This document shows, piece by piece, positions 38,947 to 55,371 of a stretch of 64,000 nt of DNA (its first letter is position 1; every line of letters begins with the position of its first letter). The stretch spans positions 9,278 through 73,277 of the IMG/VR virus record IMGVR_UViG_3300007072_000008. One strand, given 5' to 3'. Below the pieces are notes generated by a model. It was not told where the DNA came from, searched no databases, and saw only the letters and a program-made list of their open reading frames with translations. Made by a program: the position numbers and the translations under genes. This stretch comes from a virus.

Positions 38947-40941
38947 ATGCCTAATAAAACAATTGATACTTTAACTGGTTTAGAAGAGCAAATGGAAGAA
39001 GCAGTAGATATTGCGATTGGTGGGCAACCTTTAAAACCAGATGGGACTCCTATAACCGATCCTGCTGAATTAAAACAATATAACGCAGAAACCCAACAAA
39101 TGGGTGATAAAATTAAGGGATTAGGAGATGTTATTAAAGAAATTGGTAATCAAAAGAAAGACATGAGTGAAGAATTAACAGAAACACTAGCTTCTACATA
39201 TTTTTCTATCAAAGATGCTCAACTAAATAATTTGCCAGATGTTGCTAGAAATGAATTTACTAGCACCACTCAGGGTGGGGTGTCCTCGCAGGGAGGTGCT
39301 GGAGATTTAGAAGAAGATATATTATTAGAAAATTCTAATTCGGAATTTTCTATTGAAAATATGCATTTTTCTAGTGCTTCTGATGTGATTGATGCTTTAG
39401 AAGCAATAGGCAACCCAGAAGAAGCGTCTCAACAGTTTTTTAGACGTTTTGGTAAAGATAACGGATTTACAGAAGACCCCGATATGCCTGGTCGTATTAG
39501 CGCAGACGATGATACGATTCGAGATCCGATCAATGAATTTTTTAGTACCAATGATAAAGATGTGAAAGAAAAAATAGCTGAATTTTTATACACAACTGTA
39601 ATATCAGAAGATGCAAAAGAAGAGGACACCGTGCCCCCAAAAGAAGAAGGGGCTAATGATAATTCTTTAAACAACACACTGTCCTATATACATCCCGCAA
39701 TCATAAAAATTGTTAAGTATACTGAAAATTACATCAAAAAAATAGCAGAAGAACATCATAAAAATGTACCCTACAATTCTTCTTTTAATTTGGTAAAAGA
39801 AGCTCAGCATAAGAGTTTTGAAAACGTTATTATGTATGGTCCTAGTGATAAGGTAGATGCGTTTACTGGAATGCCTATTTCAGATTGGCATTTAGTAGAA
39901 CGTAATAAAGGTTTTGGGCTAAAAATTGAAGAAATTTGGAATATAGACTGGGAAGTATTGTGGCGCGGTTATGTGATGGATAAATATTCGGCTCCACATA
40001 AGGATAAAGATGGGAATTGGGTTGGTGGCTATATTCAAGATCGTTTTGAGGTCGATAAATATATTCCGTCTTATAATAATATGCAATTGGCTCCTGGCGA
40101 GCGTCGTCGGGCTACACCTCCAGAATATAGTCATACTGAAGCTCGTTTAGAAGCTGCCCGTGAAAAAGGCAAACCTTTTAATTGGGCCAAAGAAGCATCT
40201 TCTGTGCAAACAGTCAACAAGTATGCTAAAAATAAGAGAGGGCAAACAGCTTCTATAAATATATATGCTTCTGATAATGATTTATATGAGAAGGGCTATA
40301 AAGACGGAAAAGATGGCGAAGAGATGGGTTTCCCGGATAACGATATATATATGTGTGGCTATTCAGAAGGGGTTAAAAGTAATAGAGAAATGTACAGGGA
40401 ACATAAAGAAACAGATGAAGATATAGTTGAAAATCTATCAAAAAAAAAAGTAATCCAGTCTAATAATTCTGGCATTTTTTCTGTCAAGGTAAAGCAACCG
40501 CAAAGATGGTGTCCTTATTGTGGTTCTAAAATGCGCAATGCTCTTACACCTACGGACCCGACGGGGGCTACAGGTCGTACTAAAAAATTTAAAGGCAATC
40601 CTGATGAATGTCCTAATTGTCATAGAATAGTTATCAACCCACTTACTAGCGATCCACAAATGAACCGTTCTAATCCCGGTCAATCAGGAAGTCCAGTAAA
40701 CATTCAAAATAATCAATATATACAACAGGGTGTGCCATTAAAGGCTACTAGTGGCATCTTTTTTGATGGTAAACAATTTGTATGTTACAAGGAAGGACAA
40801 AAGACTTTGTTTGATACTTTTGAGGATGCAGAAAATTATAATAAAGACGATGAAGAATTGTGGGAAAAGCCTGTAGATATGATAAATGAGGAACAAGAGG
40901 AAATATTATCTACAATGGATAATCTCGCTATAGATGGATAA
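38947..40941 (+). CDS. head-module protein with Zn ribbon
   Basis: 664 aa directly upstream of the portal; CPYCG...CPNCH; many K-x-A motifs. Confidence 0.75.
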   Translation: MPNKTIDTLTGLEEQMEEAVDIAIGGQPLKPDGTPITDPAELKQYNAETQQMGDKIKGLGDVIKEIGNQKKDMSEELTETLASTYFSIKDAQLNNLPDVARNEFTSTTQGGVSSQGGAGDLEEDILLENSNSEFSIENMHFSSASDVIDALEAIGNPEEASQQFFRRFGKDNGFTEDPDMPGRISADDDTIRDPINEFFSTNDKDVKEKIAEFLYTTVISEDAKEEDTVPPKEEGANDNSLNNTLSYIHPAIIKIVKYTENYIKKIAEEHHKNVPYNSSFNLVKEAQHKSFENVIMYGPSDKVDAFTGMPISDWHLVERNKGFGLKIEEIWNIDWEVLWRGYVMDKYSAPHKDKDGNWVGGYIQDRFEVDKYIPSYNNMQLAPGERRRATPPEYSHTEARLEAAREKGKPFNWAKEASSVQTVNKYAKNKRGQTASINIYASDNDLYEKGYKDGKDGEEMGFPDNDIYMCGYSEGVKSNREMYREHKETDEDIVENLSKKKVIQSNNSGIFSVKVKQPQRWCPYCGSKMRNALTPTDPTGATGRTKKFKGNPDECPNCHRIVINPLTSDPQMNRSNPGQSGSPVNIQNNQYIQQGVPLKATSGIFFDGKQFVCYKEGQKTLFDTFEDAENYNKDDEELWEKPVDMINEEQEEILSTMDNLAIDG

Positions 40942-40953
40942 TGAGGTAAAAAA

Positions 40954-43900
40954 ATGCCAATTAAATTTTCAATGCCTGATAGTAGTCCTTCTGGAAAACG
41001 TAAGATATCTAATGCTAAAGGTTTACAACCGGATACACCTTTAACATCAAAAAGTTACGTCACTTCTGGTAGTGCTTATTTACCTATTACAAGAACATCG
41101 CAGTTTTCTGGGTATGGCGCAAATGTAGCTATATCTCAGCCAATGTTTTTTTCGCCTATGTTTACTCCGCAATCTTGGCAGATTGCTAGTAGGCGCAAAG
41201 AGATTTATCAATGGCTGTTTATAAATCCTTGTGATGTAATGACTGAAGATTATACTTATTCAGGATTAACCGACATCTCGTTTGATTATAAAAAGGTTGT
41301 ACAAGATACTTTAACTGGTGGGGTTTTATTTGAAGGTATTGATTATCCACCAATTATGGACAGTGAAGGCAATTTTAGAAAACCGCCACGATATTCAGAG
41401 AGAGAGTGTATAAATAAAAGAATATTTAAGTTTTATGCCATAGGCTATTGGAGAACAGTATCTATTTCTGAAGAGCATTATATTTTTGTGCTTGATGGTA
41501 GTGAGGGATTGATTAAACGCACTATGTCATGTAATGTGAGTTCTAATGACTATTTATTAACACCAGTTCCTCATGTCGGTAATAAGTCTGTAGATAAAGA
41601 TATGGCATGGCTTATTGGGCTATTAGCTACAGATGGTTGTTTGTCAAAATCAGCTAGTGGCTCATATGCTGTACGCATTCCAGAACATTTACAAAAAGTT
41701 GTTGATGCTATATGGGGGCAACAGTGTGGAAATAACAATGTTTGGAGAGTAGATAGTGGACATGTGTGGGAAACAATTAAAGATTTTATTGTTTTAAATA
41801 ATAAACACAGTTCAAAGAAATTTACTAATTTTATTGCTCAGTTAGACAGAGAAAGTAGGTTGCATTTAATTGCAGGGTATTTAGATGGGGTTGGAAGTTT
41901 TGATGAAACAGGTGACATAGTAGTTAACATCAGTTCTTGTGATTTGTCGGATCAGTTATATGCATTGTTGTTATCAACTGATATTGTATGTAGTTTAAAT
42001 AAAGTTCCTCTGCATGGGGGAAATTATGCTTGTGCTACAAATTCGGAATGGTTTTATCGTATATGTATCCATAATTCCGAAGTGCATAAGATTGCTCCTT
42101 ATATAAAGGGAGATAAAACGCCTTTTAATCAGCCAGCAAATTTAAAAAGAGGGCTAAGATTTTTTTATGAAAATAGTGGTATTAAGTACCTTTGTTCTCC
42201 TATCGCTAAGATAGAACAATTTTATTATAATGGTAAGGGTTTTGATATTGAAATGACCAATGAGCGACATGCATTGGTTGCCGGTGGATACATTTGTTCT
42301 AATTCTAGGTTTTACTATGAGAATGAACCCAAAGTAGCCGCTGGTGTAGATTTCTATAGTCAATTCCCGCTTTCGGGTTTTGTATTAGAGTGTAAAGATA
42401 AAAAGGTTTTATCCTATTTTGAACAGATGGTTGAAGAATTAAGACTAGCCAATTGGTTACGTCTAATAAGTCATGAATATTTTTTATTAGGTGATGTATT
42501 CCCATTTTTAAGTATAGAGTGTCCACATTGTTCTGGTACTGGTATCAAACCCAATGGTAAGCCCTGTAATCATCCAGATGGTAAATTTAAGAGCATAACG
42601 GTACTAAATCCTGATTTTATAGAAGTTACAGATTCTCCGTTTCCTGATCAAAGACAAATATATTTAATACCTGATGAACAATTGCGCAAAACGGTATTAA
42701 GTAAAGAACCAAAGAATATATATGATCGTATTCCTGATCAATTAAAGAAACTGATTGCATCTGGCCAAAACATTTTATTATCTCCACGTTCAGTCAGCCA
42801 TATTAAGCATAGTGAATGTCCCTATGGTAAATATGGCGTTTCTATGTTGCGCAGACTGTTTCATCCATTAGCTTATAAAACCAAGTTAATGACTGCAAAT
42901 TGGATTGTGGCTGAAAGGTTAATATTACCAGTAAGAGTTATAAAGATTGGGGATAAAGATCGTCCTGCGGGTCCAGATGATATTGCGGATATGCAGCAGC
43001 AAATATCAGCATTGGCTAATGATCCCAATTTAACTATAGTTACTCATCACGCTTTTGAGTATGATTATATTGGGGCTACTGGCAAAATACATAATATCAC
43101 TTCTGAGTTAGAATATATTGGTAAAGAATTGTTAGATGGCTTAATGTTAAATCAAGCATTGTTGAATGGTGAAATGAGCGGATATGCATCTGCACAAGTA
43201 GGTATTGAAACATTAATTAAAAGACTGGAGACCTGGCGTGCTACTTTATCAGATTGGATATATGAACATTTATTTAAACCTACAGCAATGATGCAGGGCT
43301 TTATAGATGAGGAAGCGACTAAAGAATTGGGTAAAACCAAATATTTATATCCAACTATTAAGTTTAATGATATGCAACTTAGAGATAAGACTAATAGGTT
43401 GCAAATGTTTATGCAATTGCACGATAAGGGCTTAATTTCTACTGAAAAGTTATTAGAAGAATTTGATATCGACTATGATCAAGAAATGATTAGGATACGT
43501 AGACAACAGGTAATGTCATCGCCCGGTGGTCCTAGCGTAGGGGGCACTGGAGGAATAGCTGGCGGTGCTGGTGGCGGTATGCCTGTTATGGGTGGTATGG
43601 ATATGATGGGTGGGCCACCGCCTGGTGGTGATATAGGCGGAATGCCTGGTGGGGATATGGGTGGCGGGGCTGGTGGTGCATCACCTCCTATGGGGGCGGC
43701 GGCGAGTTCCCAAAAAGTTTATAAGAAGGGGAAAGCTCCTAAAGCTAAAGACCATGAAATTAAAATGGTTGCTCCCTCTTTCGTGAAGCTTACTAGATTA
43801 GAACAGAAAACTTTAGGGATTATACAAGAATTACAGTTACCGTTTAAGTTGTATGGGCAATTTCAAAAGAAATTACCAGGAGAGCCTCAACCATTTGTTA

Positions 43901-45306
43901 TGGATTTTGCTATGCCAGAAATAATGGTTAATATCGAATGTTTACATCCAGATCAATTGGTTTCAACTGTTAATGGATCATTACCGGCATGTACCATTCA
44001 AGAAGGGGATAAATTAATAGGACAAAACGGGGATGAAGTTGTTGTAGAAAGAAAAATAATTAATTTATGTACACATAACTTATTAAGTATAAAAGTTCTC
44101 GGGCATTTGCCTATTCATGTAACAAAAAATCATCCTATGTTGGTAGCGAAGCCTAAAAAAGTGTCTAGATTGTCTGTTGAGCCAAATACAACCAGATATA
44201 GAACATATGTTGAACCAGGGGATATTTCTTTTATAAATGCTGATGAAATAAAAGTTGGCGATTTTTTGATGATGCCAAAATTTAAAACCGACACAATCGT
44301 AGAGCAAATAGATTTATCAGATTGTAACAAAATCGCCCCGAAAGGTAGTAAAATTTTACCCGATTCAATTGAAGCCACAGAAGAATTAGGCTGGCTTTTA
44401 GGGGTATATTTAGCAGAGGGTTGTTCCGATACAAATGGTTCTAATGTTGTATTTTCTTTTAATATTAATGAAATTGAATATGTAGAAAAAGTGCAGCTAT
44501 TATTGAAAAATATATTTAATTTAGATTCAAAACTATATCATAATTTAACTGATCATTGCGCCAGAGTTAGTGTATCGAGCCATATTTTAGCTAGTTTTTT
44601 GCATAATTCATTTGGTCAGCATACACATCTTAAAAAGCTTCCAAAATGGATATATCAAATGCCTGATATATTTATTGTTGGATTTGTGAGGGGATTTTTG
44701 GGAAGTGATGGTTGTGAAAATTTAAATATTATTCAAAGATATATATCATCTTCAGTGGCTTTATTGATGGATCTGCAAAGGCTTTTGACCAGATTGAACA
44801 TTTTTGCCAATTTATGCCAATCTAGGTCACAAGGGACAGTCAATGGTTTGTGGGAATTAACCATATATTCGAATGTGCAGGAAAAGCAATTCTATGAAGA
44901 TAATAATTATTTTTATATGCCAGTAAAAACGATTATTGAAATTCCATACACAGGCGATGTTATTAATTTTACTACTTCTGGTGTCAAGGAATCTAATCAT
45001 ACTTATTGCGTTGGCAATTTAATTTCTCACAACTGCGACGGGGCCATATGGCATGAGCAGGAGGGTGCTAAAGAGCGTGATGCTGAACGTGATCGGAAAT
45101 TAGCTTCTTATGGTTGGAGAGTGTTACGATTTACCGAACAGGCAATTAATCAAAATGCAGATCAAGTGAAGCAATTAATATATGAAAATGTGAAAGAGGC
45201 CGCTGAAGAACATTTTCATAGAAGGAAAACCGCAAGTTCTGTTGAAAAAATTACTAAACATGCTAGTGAGATAGATCACAACACAGATTTAGATGATAAA
45301 TCGTGA
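40954..45306 (+). CDS. portal protein with two inteins and a C-terminal DUF559/Vsr-like nuclease domain
   Basis: position between terminase and protease/MCP; RFYYENEPKVAAGVDFYSQFP, EYFLLGDVFP, LNPDFIEV, YGVSMLRRLF, P.IKF.DM.LRD; C-terminal DF...IE[CDG]..WH...RD..RD..L...GWRVLRF. Confidence 0.88.
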   Translation: MPIKFSMPDSSPSGKRKISNAKGLQPDTPLTSKSYVTSGSAYLPITRTSQFSGYGANVAISQPMFFSPMFTPQSWQIASRRKEIYQWLFINPCDVMTEDYTYSGLTDISFDYKKVVQDTLTGGVLFEGIDYPPIMDSEGNFRKPPRYSERECINKRIFKFYAIGYWRTVSISEEHYIFVLDGSEGLIKRTMSCNVSSNDYLLTPVPHVGNKSVDKDMAWLIGLLATDGCLSKSASGSYAVRIPEHLQKVVDAIWGQQCGNNNVWRVDSGHVWETIKDFIVLNNKHSSKKFTNFIAQLDRESRLHLIAGYLDGVGSFDETGDIVVNISSCDLSDQLYALLLSTDIVCSLNKVPLHGGNYACATNSEWFYRICIHNSEVHKIAPYIKGDKTPFNQPANLKRGLRFFYENSGIKYLCSPIAKIEQFYYNGKGFDIEMTNERHALVAGGYICSNSRFYYENEPKVAAGVDFYSQFPLSGFVLECKDKKVLSYFEQMVEELRLANWLRLISHEYFLLGDVFPFLSIECPHCSGTGIKPNGKPCNHPDGKFKSITVLNPDFIEVTDSPFPDQRQIYLIPDEQLRKTVLSKEPKNIYDRIPDQLKKLIASGQNILLSPRSVSHIKHSECPYGKYGVSMLRRLFHPLAYKTKLMTANWIVAERLILPVRVIKIGDKDRPAGPDDIADMQQQISALANDPNLTIVTHHAFEYDYIGATGKIHNITSELEYIGKELLDGLMLNQALLNGEMSGYASAQVGIETLIKRLETWRATLSDWIYEHLFKPTAMMQGFIDEEATKELGKTKYLYPTIKFNDMQLRDKTNRLQMFMQLHDKGLISTEKLLEEFDIDYDQEMIRIRRQQVMSSPGGPSVGGTGGIAGGAGGGMPVMGGMDMMGGPPPGGDIGGMPGGDMGGGAGGASPPMGAAASSQKVYKKGKAPKAKDHEIKMVAPSFVKLTRLEQKTLGIIQELQLPFKLYGQFQKKLPGEPQPFVMDFAMPEIMVNIECLHPDQLVSTVNGSLPACTIQEGDKLIGQNGDEVVVERKIINLCTHNLLSIKVLGHLPIHVTKNHPMLVAKPKKVSRLSVEPNTTRYRTYVEPGDISFINADEIKVGDFLMMPKFKTDTIVEQIDLSDCNKIAPKGSKILPDSIEATEELGWLLGVYLAEGCSDTNGSNVVFSFNINEIEYVEKVQLLLKNIFNLDSKLYHNLTDHCARVSVSSHILASFLHNSFGQHTHLKKLPKWIYQMPDIFIVGFVRGFLGSDGCENLNIIQRYISSSVALLMDLQRLLTRLNIFANLCQSRSQGTVNGLWELTIYSNVQEKQFYEDNNYFYMPVKTIIEIPYTGDVINFTTSGVKESNHTYCVGNLISHNCDGAIWHEQEGAKERDAERDRKLASYGWRVLRFTEQAINQNADQVKQLIYENVKEAAEEHFHRRKTASSVEKITKHASEIDHNTDLDDKS
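41215..42303 (+). mobile_element. intein 1 (LAGLIDADG-containing) with atypical N-terminal Leu
   Basis: block B SEEHYIFV, LLATDG and YLDGVG endonuclease motifs, block F/G FDIEM...GGYICSN|S. Confidence 0.8.
43939..45033 (+). mobile_element. intein 2 (canonical, LAGLIDADG-containing)
   Basis: CLHPDQLV start, VTKNHPML, YLAEG and FLGSDG, ends ISHN|C. Confidence 0.92.
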
Positions 45307-45321
45307 AGATTAGATCTATTA

Positions 45322-45756
45322 GTGGAGTGGATAATGGAACCATTCAATTTAACAAAAATATCTGGTCGAAAAAGAATTAAGGATCGTGGGATTAATTGGA
45401 AAGAGAGATATCGAGAAAAATCATTGACGTTAAAGAAACGTTATGATAAACAGATTGGACAGGGAGCTTATAGGCGATGGGAGGGGCATGATTATACAAC
45501 GAATTCGGACTATTATGTAGTAGTTGGCCCGACTGTACAAAGCGATTTTGGTAAGTGTTTTTTTGCTGGAATTAAGAAGTTGCCAAAAGACCCTCATAAA
45601 AAAGTATATAGTCCTAGTGGGGAATATTTTATTAATATTATAGCTGCATATTCACATGCTAGTAATAAGTGGGGGGTCCCATTTCCTACCGGTCAAATAG
45701 CTTATACACAGGCACATTTGGTTGATGTAAAAATTCCTGAACATATTAAAGGATAA
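45322..45756 (+). CDS. conserved head-module protein
   Basis: 144-aa basic ORF after the portal; FNLTKIS start motif. Confidence 0.7.
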   Translation: MEWIMEPFNLTKISGRKRIKDRGINWKERYREKSLTLKKRYDKQIGQGAYRRWEGHDYTTNSDYYVVVGPTVQSDFGKCFFAGIKKLPKDPHKKVYSPSGEYFINIIAAYSHASNKWGVPFPTGQIAYTQAHLVDVKIPEHIKG

Positions 45757-45761
45757 AAGAC

Positions 45762-47704
45762 ATGAATGAGTATACTCTTAAACAATTAATTAGTAAATTA
45801 ACCGGCGTAGAGCTAGTACGTACAGGAATGGCTCGTCATATGCAGGGAGTAAATATAAAAAATCGTATGTTAGAGTGGAAACCTTGGAGCATGAGTGGTG
45901 AACTTCCTAATTATGTAAAGCAATATATAGACAAACGACTGTTGGATTGGGAAACAACATTTGGAGATAGTGTAGCATTTGCTTTATTTGCTATAGATCC
46001 TTCTGTTACTGATGAAGATTTGGCACGTTTAGATGAGTCAAATCATCCTAGGAAAGACGAGATTAGAGAGGTGGTTGATCGGATAGTAATAGAGAGTGGT
46101 ATTCCTCTTTTGCAGAGCAAAACTGAGGCTTCCATGAGAAGGCCAGGTATACAGGTGGGCGGTGATTTTAACGGAAGTGAATCACATGCACAGGCATACG
46201 GTTGGGCTTGGGGAGCAGAAAAGGCATATCCAGACGAAGATACTCGTCAGGTGAAGCATTTGACTCAAGTGGAGCAGTCAAGGCACTTACGTAAAGCTGA
46301 AAATTATAAGAGGCTACGAGAGGATGGTCAATTACCGAACTGGTATGCAACTCCTAAAGTATTTACACCAGTGGTAGCTCCAGTTGGAGGTGGTTTTGGT
46401 TTATTTTTAAAGAATATATATGATGATACTTTAATGAATATTATTTCGCCTAGCATATTAGCTTTACAGGCTAAGTTGTTAGATAAAGAAGTTGATGATT
46501 TAGATTCGAATATGGATTTATCGGTGAAAGTATTAAGGCACACCAGTACTATTAATACATTTTTTGCCAACACAGTACAACAGGGAAAACAGACTATTAG
46601 AAGCAATTTCGCCCCTGGTAGGCGAATGTTTTTATTAGATAGTCCGAACGATCCAAATCCAAAACCCATATATCCTAAAAGGTCGGACACACCGGATAAA
46701 ATAGATCCTGTGTTTCAGGGGAGAACTATATCTGATTTTGCTACTGCAAAGCAGTATAAAAATCAGATTAAATATACTAAATTTGATGATCGTTTATATA
46801 TTTTAAAATTAAAGCTAAATGGTTTATTATTTTGGGAAAATGTTCAAGATCCTAGCAAAGTTTTTAACGCTACAGAAGAACAAATTAATACATTTAATTG
46901 CTATAAAGGACGGATATTTCAAATTTCCAATTTTGTAAGAAATAAATATAAATTTACAACATATGCACAAAAAGCACAATATGAGAAAGACTGTAATTTA
47001 TTGAATGAATTTCGTGATTTTATTAGAACTTTGCCAGAGTCACAGAAAAAAAACGATTTAGGGGAATTGTTATATATTGGACCTGATGGGAACCCTACAA
47101 CAGAAGATACTGGACAACCTCTTTATAATCGTCGTAGGACAGATGTTCCTACAAATAATATTATAGTATTATTAATATCTCCTAGATTTAGCATATCTAG
47201 AATGGTAGGCAAAAATCAGGCTGAAGGAAGACTCCTTAATCCTAACTATGAATCTGACAAACCTTCTTTGGTGTGGCATAGAGGCCGATTCACAGCTAAA
47301 CGGGAAGTGTGGTCGGTATGTGAACGTCAGTATTCTATATCTCGTTTAAAACAACAGCGAATGCAGTTTACCCCCATGAACACTGTTATAGAAAAACCAA
47401 CTTGTAAAGAAGCAGTTGAAGAAGCGAAAATCCGATTTAGAATACCAGATACAGCCTTGCCTACTGAAGCTCAAATCCAAGCTGCTCAAACATTATATGA
47501 TAAAAAACAGGCGGCTCTGCAAGCACTGGGTGAGGAGAGGGGGGTATATGATTCAGAGGTAGCCCAAGAGACATCCGCAGTACCAGAAGAAGGCATGGTG
47601 GCTGACAATAACGTTGACAATAATGATGTAAATGATGTAGATGATGTAGATGATGTAGATAATAACATACTAGCTCGTGTTAAACAACATTACTATAAAA
47701 TAAT

Positions 47705-47708
<4 letters not shown>
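45762..47708 (+). CDS. head-module hypothetical protein
   Basis: 648-aa ORF coupled to the protease gene. Confidence 0.75.
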
Positions 47709-53647
<5,939 letters not shown>

Positions 53648-53688
53648 GTTGATTGCTTCCTTAGAAGCAACAACAGGAGAAAATATAT

Positions 53689-54276
53689 ATGGCTTTAATT
53701 GTATTACATCACACAGTGGTTGACGCCTTCGATGTCAACCCGAACACGGCATGGTCTTCTTCTAATCGTATCGTACAGGGATCGGTCGTTGGTGTAGATA
53801 ATTCAACTGGTTATTTGTCGTTACCGTCTTCAACTGCATTCCCCTTGGGTATCGCAGGCGACAATGCTACTGATGAATATAAAACTACAGCTTATGCTGC
53901 TCAGTTGGTTGTCTCCCCAAGCGGAAAAACCCGCTGGACTAGCAATCGTGTTTCAGATATGTTTAATGAAACCATGGCTTCTGGTAAAATGACCGTATAC
54001 GTAGGATCTGGTGTGTTTGCTACCGATCAGTATCTAACACATAACACTTTCACGGTCGGTCAACCAGTTTATGCAACCTCTAATGGTGTGTTAACATCTA
54101 CTGCGGGTAATGCTGGTACCTTTGGAGCACGAGTAGTGGGATATGTAACTAAAACCCCAACCTCGTACCCAAGCGGTGTTCCCGGTGCTGATACTGATGC
54201 AACACTTGGTGCTGCCGCACAAGGTGGTACAACTATGTCGTTGGGTCAGTTCTTAACTTTCCACTTAAGCATTTAA
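53689..54276 (+). CDS. capsid decoration / cement protein
   Basis: between protease and MCP; PLGIAGD, ASGKMTVY.G.GVFATDQY, VG.PVY....GVLT motifs; AGGAG RBS. Confidence 0.75.
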   Translation: MALIVLHHTVVDAFDVNPNTAWSSSNRIVQGSVVGVDNSTGYLSLPSSTAFPLGIAGDNATDEYKTTAYAAQLVVSPSGKTRWTSNRVSDMFNETMASGKMTVYVGSGVFATDQYLTHNTFTVGQPVYATSNGVLTSTAGNAGTFGARVVGYVTKTPTSYPSGVPGADTDATLGAAAQGGTTMSLGQFLTFHLSI

Positions 54277-54330
54277 TAGTTGTCTAATAAGTTCTATTGA
54301 ACTGTTTTAGAAACTATAAGGAGAAAATAT

Positions 54331-55191
54331 ATGGCTTACAAAAATTCTAATTCTGACGCACAAAAAGAAGCTGTAATTGCACAGGCTCTAGAGACTGATG
54401 AAGGGCGCGTCGCCTTAGCTCAGTCAATGGTTGAACCAATTCGTCGTTCTCTTGAATATCAGGCGGTTGGTCGCAAACTGCTCATGGTAGATGAGCTTCC
54501 ACAGGGCGCACTCGCTCGTTATGAAAGAGATGTTGCTTCTGTTGCTCACGTAATACCACGTCGAGGAGCAGTCCCTGATATGATTACCGAAGGCGAAGAA
54601 ATATTGGTTCCAACCTTTGAAATTGCTGCTTATCCAACTATTCGTTTGTCTGAAATTAAAGCACGTAGATTCTACATTGTAGATCGTGCTCAAATTAAGG
54701 CAAAAGAAGCTATCCAAAAAGAAGAAGATCTTAATATCTTCAATGCTCTTGATGCGGCTGTAACTAATCGTGGTCAATCGGTTACTGCACCCGGTTCTGG
54801 CTTAGATCCGGCATCACTTAATGAAGCATTCCGTATGGTTGAACAGCACGACTTAGTTGCTACCAAAATAGTGTTACATGCTAATCAGTATGCATCAGTT
54901 CGTACCTTTGGTAAAGATTTCTTTGATGAAGCGACCACAAGAGAAATCCTTACAACTGGGTTGTATGGACACTTGTGGACCGCAGATATTCACGTATCCT
55001 CTCGTATGAATCCTGCGAAAGTACTAGTTGTAGCTTCGCCTGATACTGTTGGTGCTTTCCCGATTCGTCAAGATATAACAGTGTTGCCTGCTGATGATCC
55101 CAAGAAATTGAGATTAGGCTGGGTTATATATGAAGAAGTCGGTGTGGTAGTAGTTAACGATTATGCAGTTAGTAGTGTTATCATCAGCTAA
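54331..55191 (+). CDS. major capsid protein (HK97 fold)
   Basis: GRVALAQSMVEPIRRSLEYQAVGRKLLMVDELPQGALARYERD, VPTFEIA..P.I.L.EIK.RRF.IVDR, GWVIYEEVG; followed by a strong terminator. Confidence 0.92.
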   Translation: MAYKNSNSDAQKEAVIAQALETDEGRVALAQSMVEPIRRSLEYQAVGRKLLMVDELPQGALARYERDVASVAHVIPRRGAVPDMITEGEEILVPTFEIAAYPTIRLSEIKARRFYIVDRAQIKAKEAIQKEEDLNIFNALDAAVTNRGQSVTAPGSGLDPASLNEAFRMVEQHDLVATKIVLHANQYASVRTFGKDFFDEATTREILTTGLYGHLWTADIHVSSRMNPAKVLVVASPDTVGAFPIRQDITVLPADDPKKLRLGWVIYEEVGVVVVNDYAVSSVIIS

Positions 55192-55214
55192 TGTAAAAAC
55201 GCTGTTTTTACTCT

Positions 55215-55252
55215 AAAAAAGAGTTGGCCTTAAAAAGCCAACTCTTTTTTTT
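55215..55252 (+). terminator. intrinsic terminator after the MCP gene
   Basis: aaaaaagagttggc-cttaaaaa-gccaactctttttttt. Confidence 0.9.
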
Positions 55253-55371
55253 GCATACAAAATTCTCGCATATAAGAGGTCTTGCGATATTTGTATATAC
55301 ATCTGTAGTGTTTATTTAAACTTACTTTGTGCAGATTTTCGATATATTGCCTATATTAATCGAAGGTTATT

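Noticed and set aside
40440-40450. A-AAA-AAG slippery site in gene 38947..40941
   Set aside because: The zero frame continues normally, the -1 frame stops within a few codons, and no stimulatory structure is evident; A-runs are common in this genome.
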